64,000 nt of DNA, taken from positions 1 to 64,000 of the IMG/VR virus record IMGVR_UViG_2974770163_000001, one strand, 5' to 3'. The notes beneath the pieces were generated by a model that did not search any database, was not told the DNA's origin, and saw only the letters and a list, made by a program, of their open reading frames with translations. The stretch is from a virus (lineage: Duplodnaviria; Caudoviricetes). The position numbers were made by a program, and so were the translations under genes. Below, one piece after another: positions 55,038 through 61,372 of the stretch. Within the stretch, counting starts at the first letter, position 1. Each line of letters starts with the position of its first letter.

Positions 55038-55379
55038 TTACTTATTTGAGTATTGCATAACATTTTCAATATATACGATTCTAGCCGCTATATATAAGCA
55101 ACGATAGAATCGTAAAGCTAACTGATCTTTACATATCCCATAGTGAGTGGGCATTTTTGACGCTTCGGGAAATTTTTCTTCTAGGTCTGATAATAAGCGA
55201 ACTAATGAAGCCCATTTAACAGAACCATTATCAAGCCCCTTTTCAAGATCTAACATGATGCAAGTTGCTACCTTATCGATATCATTTCTAACCACTATAG
55301 GAAATGATAATAATTCTAGTATTAACTGTAATGTATCATTGCTTAAAAAGGTTGCTTTAATCTTTCTTACTTTTGCCAT
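55038..55379 (-). CDS. Pre-early hypothetical protein
   Basis: GGAG RBS; 113 aa. Confidence 0.7.
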   Translation of the reverse strand: MAKVRKIKATFLSNDTLQLILELLSFPIVVRNDIDKVATCIMLDLEKGLDNGSVKWASLVRLLSDLEEKFPEASKMPTHYGICKDQLALRFYRCLYIAARIVYIENVMQYSNK

Positions 55380-55428
55380 TTGTACTTACTCCGATAGTAT
55401 ACACTAGGCTTTAAGATACTAACCGTAT

Positions 55429-55555
55429 TTTTAAAGAGCGTTACTACTAGGAACTTATCCAGTCATTCATATGCCACTGGCGGCTACTTCGTGGGCTTTC
55501 CTTGCCTTGTTCCTTACTATGTGGAGTATATTATCACACTGATTAAAGAAAGCAA
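55429..55555 (-). promoter_or_regulatory. Leftward pre-early promoter plus boxA
   Basis: TTGCTT-16-TAATAT with extended TG; CGCTCTTTAAAA at 55429-55440. Confidence 0.6.
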
Positions 55556-55669
55556 CTATTATTTTAGATTATTTTGCTGGCGGTAGGATATAAGGAAACG
55601 GGCGCGTGATTATACACAAGTTAACTAGGAAGTAAAGAAAAACTATTTAGTAAAAGATGCAAAAAGAGC

Positions 55670-55697
55670 TTGCATTTAATAACCGTGGTGCTAATAT
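55670..55697 (+). promoter_or_regulatory. Rightward pre-early promoter
   Basis: TTGCAT-16-TAATAT with extended TG. Confidence 0.65.
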
Positions 55698-55733
55698 GTA
55701 TCACATCGAAAGGCAAACAAAGGAGGGAGCAAA

Positions 55734-56813
55734 ATGACCGTCAAGGCACTTAAAAGCAATCGAGCGATAGCTCGAAGCGGTCACATTAACACAATTGAGC
55801 AATTAAGACAATCAGACGTTGGGGGTTTTCCATCAACTAGTATTGTTAGCCGAGCTACGCCTAGGCAGCTTAATAATATAATGCATACGGCAGGCAATGA
55901 GGAGCAATCTGTATTAACTCCTTTAAGTAGTCAAAGTGCGTATAAACATATTAAAAATTTGCTTGATTTACTTGTTTCCGGTGTGGTAGAATACATTACA
56001 ATCTACTCGCCAGATGGTACGTTAATAAGTGATCACTATTATTCTACACGTCGATCTATGGAGGAGGATTGCGATTCCGCTTACTCTAAGGCTAAGGACG
56101 ATTTACTAATCTTAGCTAGATCTAGTAATGGCATCATGTTAACATGGGGTAGCTATGACGCTAGAAAGTCGGCAGGTGTCGGGGTCAAGGTAGAGTGTGA
56201 GGTTTTCAATCAAAATGATAACCTATTTGACGCTATCTATGATATATTTAACCATGCTAACTATAACGATTTAATTGACGTGGATTTATCCGATAAGCTA
56301 CGCAATCAGGGCGTTATTATACAGGGTCATACAGTTAGCGAGAACAAGTATACACAAGTAATTATAGAGGAATTTTTAAAATCATCTATAAGCGAAGCTG
56401 GCGAAACAGCAGAGCAACCAATCGAAACCAAAGAGGAAACTAGCAAAATGAAAACAACATTCAGCACTATCTTAGCAGAAAACAAAGCAGCAGCAATCAA
56501 CGCTGGCGAGATGGAAACGGGGCGTTTAGTCGTTAATCGTATTGTGGCAGTCGTTAAAAAGCGTGCTCCGCTAATGGTTAAAGGTTACATTGATACACCA
56601 GTAGGGCGCATTGCAGTAGCAAATTTATTTGCCGCTTTAGTGCGAGAATATCTACCTGATAACGCACTGGCAGGACGTGCGGCAGACGGGGCGGTGAAGT
56701 CGGCAGCTTATGAAGTATTGCGCGATATTGATATACCAGCAATTCTGGAAGAAGTATTGGCAGGATTCAAAGAAGCGGAACCAGCACCAGCAGACGAAAA
56801 GATCGCACTGTAA
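55734..56813 (+). CDS. Pre-early hypothetical protein
   Basis: AGGAGG RBS; C-terminal APLMVKGYIDTPVGR..VAN domain recalled from T5-like pre-early proteins. Confidence 0.75.
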   Translation: MTVKALKSNRAIARSGHINTIEQLRQSDVGGFPSTSIVSRATPRQLNNIMHTAGNEEQSVLTPLSSQSAYKHIKNLLDLLVSGVVEYITIYSPDGTLISDHYYSTRRSMEEDCDSAYSKAKDDLLILARSSNGIMLTWGSYDARKSAGVGVKVECEVFNQNDNLFDAIYDIFNHANYNDLIDVDLSDKLRNQGVIIQGHTVSENKYTQVIIEEFLKSSISEAGETAEQPIETKEETSKMKTTFSTILAENKAAAINAGEMETGRLVVNRIVAVVKKRAPLMVKGYIDTPVGRIAVANLFAALVREYLPDNALAGRAADGAVKSAAYEVLRDIDIPAILEEVLAGFKEAEPAPADEKIAL

Positions 56814-56861
56814 CATAAAGGCAGGGGCTAGAACTTAGCCCCTAATTAAAGAGGTGATACA

Positions 56862-57263
56862 ATGGCAAAAGTTATCAATTTTGAGTGTGTACACGTCTTA
56901 AATATCCGTACAACGGGGCAAGCGTTATCGTGGAAAAGCGCACTAGAACAGATTAGTAAGTGTACTAAATGCCAATATGTTACTGTTACATTAGGTCGCT
57001 TGGTTTTCCGTATTGACTGGCTAATACTGGCTAGTATTTACGAATCTTTACAATTAAATATGCCGTTTAGTGTTGCAGTAGGGGGCGAAATCTGGTATAT
57101 TGAACAATATCAGGACGTGGAACAATTGTTTTATAACGTTCCTGTAAGCCGTCTTTTTATGAAAGAGGGAGTAGCTTATTATGTGGGCGATATTATCGGG
57201 CTATGTGGAGAAGTTACTAAGGGTCAAGGGATTACGAATCATAGTACTGCTAATTTTAGCTGA
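56862..57263 (+). CDS. Hypothetical protein
   Basis: GAGGT RBS. Confidence 0.65.
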   Translation: MAKVINFECVHVLNIRTTGQALSWKSALEQISKCTKCQYVTVTLGRLVFRIDWLILASIYESLQLNMPFSVAVGGEIWYIEQYQDVEQLFYNVPVSRLFMKEGVAYYVGDIIGLCGEVTKGQGITNHSTANFS

Positions 57264-57740
57264 GTTATTATATCGTGTTTTCTTTGAATCTAAGTACTAC
57301 TTTTATACGCTCCAATGACCATATTTAAAGTGTTGCTAGTTAGTGGCTGTATATGTATAGTTTGGCATATATTAGCCCACTGGCTAGATAGTAGACGCTT
57401 AAAACGTATGGGTAAAGGCTGATATCTAACCTATAGGGGGTTATAATGTGGGATCTATTTCTATCCCCCAATGGGGATTTAAGCTGGCTTTCTTTGTTGC
57501 TGGCGGCTGTATGCACTATAGCTATTTTAGTGATCTTTGATGATAACGAGCCGTTACTATAGGGTTTTATATGAAGTGTGACAAGGTAGGCGTATATTGC
57601 AACATTCTAGCGGCTGGCATCTTTGGGTTAATGATTTTATCATGTATCTTAAAGTAATTCTTTATATGTTGGCTATTTTATGCCCTGTGTTCGGGGCTTC
57701 AAGCGGCTTAATGTGGTTAATGACTGTATTAGCAGGATAG
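57181..57740 (+). CDS. Cluster of 24-45 aa hydrophobic micro-ORFs
   Basis: 57181-57318, 57315-57422, 57446-57562, 57571-57657, 57666-57740. Confidence 0.45.
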
Positions 57741-58141
57741 CACAAAAAGCTAAAACAATTTAATCTAGATAGGGTAATATTACCCTACCAACACAAAACG
57801 AGGGTTTAAATATGGAAAAATTAAAACTGGCATTCCCTACTGCATTTTCTGAGCTAGTTGAATGCTTTGGGGAAAAGCAAGCTGAAATTGAGCTTGAGAA
57901 GTTAGTCGAGCGTCAAAAGGTTAACCCTAAATTAGATTTAGAAGATAAGCCATTATTAGCCGCTTTTGTGTGGGAAGAAACGGAACAGGGTCATGAGTAC
58001 TGGCGAGAGCTTTTATACTCAAAAGACCTACTATCACCTTTGTTCTATTTCTTGTCCGACTCTAGCCATACAGACGACGAATAGCACGAAAAGCTAAAAC
58101 ATTTAAATTCAGGTAGGGTAATATAGCCCTACCAACACAAA
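57737..58141 (+). repeat. Two ~60-bp direct repeats, each preceding one of two paralogous genes
   Basis: ATAGCAC.AAAAGCTAAAACA...TAGGGTAATAT..CCCTACCAACACAAA at 57737 and 58081. Confidence 0.8.
57812..58084 (+). CDS. Hypothetical protein (AAF.W....QG.EYW motif)
   Basis: GAGGG RBS. Confidence 0.7.
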   Translation: MEKLKLAFPTAFSELVECFGEKQAEIELEKLVERQKVNPKLDLEDKPLLAAFVWEETEQGHEYWRELLYSKDLLSPLFYFLSDSSHTDDE

Positions 58142-58169
58142 TAAACCAATGATTTGAGAGGTAGTAAAA

Positions 58170-58598
58170 ATGACCATTATCCAACGTATGCCTAAATTTG
58201 TTTCTACTATGGTAGCAGTATTTGACGGGGACGCAGACCTTGCAGCGCAGATCATTAACGAGTTAGAAGCGGCAGGAGTAGAATTCGCAGAAAAAGATTG
58301 TGTTAGCTTGGGGGCGGCTTTTGATTGGCAGCAATCCCCGCAAGGTCGGGAGTATTGGGATATGATGGACGATAAAGCGGAGCAGGTACTAGGCGAAGAT
58401 TACCGCTTGCCAGACTTTCAAGAGTGTGGTTGTCCAGCTTGTCAAATGACCGTTAAACTAGGCGGCACAATTGATGCAATCATGGTTGTAGGATCGCTGG
58501 GCTTGCTAGTAGAGGCTATTCCTGAGCCAATGATCAAAGATATGGTAACTCGTGCTAAGGAAGATCGCCTTAAAGAAAGAGCAGGGCGCACGCACTAA
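58170..58598 (+). CDS. Hypothetical protein, paralog of the previous gene with a CxCxxC extension
   Basis: GAGGT RBS; AAFDWQQSPQGREYW. Confidence 0.72.
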   Translation: MTIIQRMPKFVSTMVAVFDGDADLAAQIINELEAAGVEFAEKDCVSLGAAFDWQQSPQGREYWDMMDDKAEQVLGEDYRLPDFQECGCPACQMTVKLGGTIDAIMVVGSLGLLVEAIPEPMIKDMVTRAKEDRLKERAGRTH

Positions 58599-58669
58599 CA
58601 TTAATTTAGTTGCTAAGTTTATGCCCCCTCTATGTATAATAGGGGGCATCAAAAGAAAGGGGGTAGCAA

Positions 58670-58780
58670 ATGATCTTATTTACTTTGTGGGGCGTTATTC
58701 AGTGGGCTACATTGGTTTATATCCTCGTTACCCCGTATGTATTAAATGCCGTAGTAGCCGCACAGTTAGCAGGCGTATAA
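58670..58780 (+). CDS. 36 aa membrane peptide
   Basis: AAGGGGG RBS; MILFTLWGVIQWATLVYILVTPYVLNAVVAAQLAGV. Confidence 0.5.
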   Translation: MILFTLWGVIQWATLVYILVTPYVLNAVVAAQLAGV

Positions 58781-58831
58781 CTTCTAAGGAGGTTATACAC
58801 AAGTTAACCGTAAACAATCGAGGGTATTAAA

Positions 58832-59101
58832 ATGAAATTATCTAAACTGGTATTAGCTACTTTAGTGTTAAGCTTGGCAGGTTGTGCGACTACTGGCGAA
58901 AAACCAGCTATAACCCCTAAAACGTGTATGGGTATCATGGAAGTTTCGACCATGAATCGCACCTACTCAGTGGACTTGAAAGCCGTCAAAACTAACAAGT
59001 ATGGCGAAACGTTCTATCAGGTTAAAGGCTACAATCCATTTGTAGGCGGGGCAGGTTGGGTTCGTGAAGATGCTTTTCAGTCTGTAATATGTAATGAATG
59101 A
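58832..59101 (+). CDS. cor: Cor-like superinfection-exclusion lipoprotein
   Basis: Signal peptide with LAGC lipobox; C...YSV....GY.PF..WV...F....C pattern of Cor proteins. Confidence 0.7.
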   Translation: MKLSKLVLATLVLSLAGCATTGEKPAITPKTCMGIMEVSTMNRTYSVDLKAVKTNKYGETFYQVKGYNPFVGGAGWVREDAFQSVICNE

Positions 59102-59294
59102 GATCATATATATTAAACGCTTTATATCCCTATACTGGCATTTTATAGGGGTAGTCGAAGCGATGCACGAAAAGGCAGTTAGTGAGAATCACCAATACGG
59201 GATTGACCTAACTAGACGTAAACTAGACCGCCTTAAAATTGATCTGCTAGGCTGGCAAGATAAGCTGATGCACGAGATAAAAAATACAAAATAG
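59094..59294 (+). CDS. Hypothetical protein
   Basis: Overlaps the cor stop. Confidence 0.55.
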   Translation: MNEIIYIKRFISLYWHFIGVVEAMHEKAVSENHQYGIDLTRRKLDRLKIDLLGWQDKLMHEIKNTK

Positions 59295-59297
59295 TCA

Positions 59298-59326
59298 TTG
59301 ACACTATAGCCCTTTCGATGTATATT
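59298..59326 (+). promoter_or_regulatory. sigma70 promoter
   Basis: TTGACA-17-TATATT. Confidence 0.7.
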
Positions 59327-59358
59327 ATATGCATACACCAAAACGAGAGGGCTACAAA

Positions 59359-59628
59359 ATGATTATTCGTATTTCTGGCATTAACATAAATAACGATTTA
59401 GATATGTTTGACGCACTGGCGGGCGCAGGTTATGCAGGGGCACTAGATCGCCTAGACGATATAACAGCAGAGTTAGACGTGAGAGATTATGCCTTTAGAC
59501 AACGGGCAGGGATCGAGGAAGCAGATGTATTACAAATGATCAGTGAGCTTACATCATTAGGACTAACTCTAACGATAGTCGGAGAACCTAACACTAGCCT
59601 ATTAGAAGCCGTGATTGCAGGCAACTAA
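59359..59628 (+). CDS. Last pre-early hypothetical protein
   Basis: GAGGG RBS before MIIRISG. Confidence 0.7.
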   Translation: MIIRISGININNDLDMFDALAGAGYAGALDRLDDITAELDVRDYAFRQRAGIEEADVLQMISELTSLGLTLTIVGEPNTSLLEAVIAGN

Positions 59629-59647
59629 CAACCATAACAACCATAAC

Positions 59648-59675
59648 AGCCTTGCAGAAATGCAGGGCTTTTTTA
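59648..59675 (+). terminator. Terminator ending the pre-early operon
   Basis: AGCCTTGCA-GAAA-TGCAGGGCT followed by TTTTT. Confidence 0.85.
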
Positions 59676-59786
59676 TGCCCCTAGCCTCTCAAGCCCCTAT
59701 AAGACTATCCCTATCACAATTAAACCTCTCACAATGGCTTACAGTGCGTTTCATTGGACAACCGCATTATATGCTATCAGAGACTA

Positions 59787-59802
59787 CTGTATAAATAAAC
59801 AG
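59787..59802. promoter_or_regulatory. LexA (SOS) box
   Basis: CTGT-ATAAATAA-ACAG, preceded by TA. Confidence 0.75.
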
Positions 59803-59811
59803 GTTCAAAAC

Positions 59812-59884
59812 TGTGGATAAGTCCTGTGGATAAGTCGAAATGAATCGATTCAGCAAGCCCCCAACTGGTCAGACCTGTGGATAA
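59812..59884. promoter_or_regulatory. Three perfect DnaA boxes
   Basis: TGTGGATAA (=TTATCCACA) at 59812, 59825 and 59876, all in the same orientation. Confidence 0.85.
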
Positions 59885-59920
59885 CTTCTAAATGCAAGTG
59901 AGAAGCATTCGCATTCATTT

Positions 59921-59992
59921 AGCCGTCTAAACGTCTGGACGTCTAAACGTCTAGACGGCTGGACGTCTGGAAGGCTGGACGTCTAGACGTCC
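59921..59992. promoter_or_regulatory. Nine tandem in-phase Met boxes (MetJ operator-like)
   Basis: AGCCGTCT AAACGTCT GGACGTCT AAACGTCT AGACGGCT GGACGTCT GGAAGGCT GGACGTCT AGACGTCC against consensus AGACGTCT. Confidence 0.75.
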
Positions 59993-61091
59993 CTCTGCGC
60001 TTATGTGCATAATCGGGATCGCTTTTTCAAAACGTTACATGCGAGCTAGGCCACATGTGAATTTCTGAAAATGCAAATTCCAAAATTCTCGAAAAAATTT
60101 TTCCATTCGTAAAATATTCTCTCCTGCTCCCTGGCTGTTTCAATTTCCCTATACTATTTACTCTTCCACCAGCAGTTCTCCAGCCTCAAAAATAAAATGC
60201 AAATATAAAACTGAGTGCGTCTTTTCTATGGAACTCCATTTTATTTTTGATTCTCAGGAATGTGATAGCCTTAGTTTATAAATCAGTTTTGAAAACTCCG
60301 AAAATTTTAAATGCCCAGATCTATCCCAGCAATCCAGTCAGCCAGGGAAGAGGAGAAAACCAAAGAAATCACTTGACAACCAGTTTTGCTAAAGTCAATT
60401 AACCAAATTGATCCACCAGCGTTTTATAAACTAGAATATTATTTGCCCTCAGAATTTAGGTGTGAGCAATTCTCCTGTTCCCCTTCCGAATCTATTGATG
60501 CAGAGGATTCTAGGAATGCAAAATATTTATCGCTGCTAATTTGAGTTGTGGGAAACCTTGGGAAGTTGTTTGGTGGATGCTTGGGGATTTGATCAGTTGT
60601 GCCGGGGAACAGGAGAGGATTTTGTGGGATGCTCAGAAAAATCGTTGTTCGCAGAAAAACGCATTTAAAACAACCCCCCTGGTAGCTAACCGCCCTATAT
60701 CGAAAAATTATGACCTTAAAGGTGGGTAAAGGGCTTGAAAAATAAAAAATTCATGAGGCCCCAAGAACTGGATGATTCAACGGTCGGTATAAACAAATCT
60801 CTCCTGTTCCCAGGCTGTTTTAATTAGATATGATGTGAGATGTGGGTAGGATGAACTTTTATTGTCTAGATATGATGTGGCACGTGGGTAGTGTGATGAT
60901 TTATAAGGGTTAGGAAAGTCTAGGAGTGCACAATTTGTGGAGGGAAGTCACGAGAAGCTTATAGATGTGGAAGTTGAAAAAGGGAACAGGAGAAATTTTT
61001 ATCTAGGAATATCTAGGTAAATGAATCTCACACCTAGCAGAATTCCAGGGTATCAAAGGTTCCAGTTCTATTATTATGTTTAGTATAGATA

Positions 61092-61319
61092 ATAAAAAAC
61101 CTCCTTGAGCGGAGGTTTATTGGTTTTATTAAACGAGTGGTTTTTAAAGAATAGAAGATCCCCAAGGATGCATAGCAGTCGCATGAAGCACTTACACGAG
61201 ACTATGTACGTTGTACCGTGATGTAATCTGTCTCTCCTTTGGTTCCGAGCCATATACATCACTTCCTAGTCAAGTAAGTGCTTTGCTGCTGTATTGACGA
61301 TAAATCTTGTTTATCTAAT
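61092..61319 (-). ncRNA. Candidate structured small RNA (~225 nt)
   Basis: Promoter TTGACG-17-TATAAT (61326-61354), nested stems, terminator AAACCTCCGCTCAAGGAGGTTTTTT. Confidence 0.5.
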
Positions 61320-61372
61320 ACAGATATTATAACATCAAAACTTTGTCACGTCAATGAAAAAATTTAATTCCG

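Larger units (their letters stand above)
59680..61080. other. Non-coding injection-stop-signal (iss)-like region
   Basis: ORF-poor and rich in repeats and palindromes, with DnaA boxes. It lies right after the pre-early genes, as in T5. Confidence 0.7.

Noticed and set aside
55612-55630. TrpR-like operator (CAAGTTAACTAG)
   Set aside because: Only one half-site matches.
58552-58830. 92 aa ORF from the track
   Set aside because: It crosses a hairpin and overlaps the upstream gene. The 58670-58780 frame has the RBS and is more plausible.
55703-59321. 11-nt complementarity between the rightward transcript start (ACATCGAAAGG) and the 59298 promoter spacer, as a third leader/trailer stem
   Set aside because: Too short, 3.6 kb apart and with no boxA; may be chance or shared promoter ancestry.
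59812-59884. DnaA boxes as a host oriC fragment or contamination
   Set aside because: The flanks are continuous phage sequence, and DnaA boxes are known from the T5 injection-stop region.
60541-60729. 62 aa ORF in the iss region
   Set aside because: TTG start with no RBS, inside a repeat-rich non-coding tract.
61080-61262. 60 aa ORF
   Set aside because: It runs through the intrinsic terminator and starts inside a stem; the RNA interpretation fits better.
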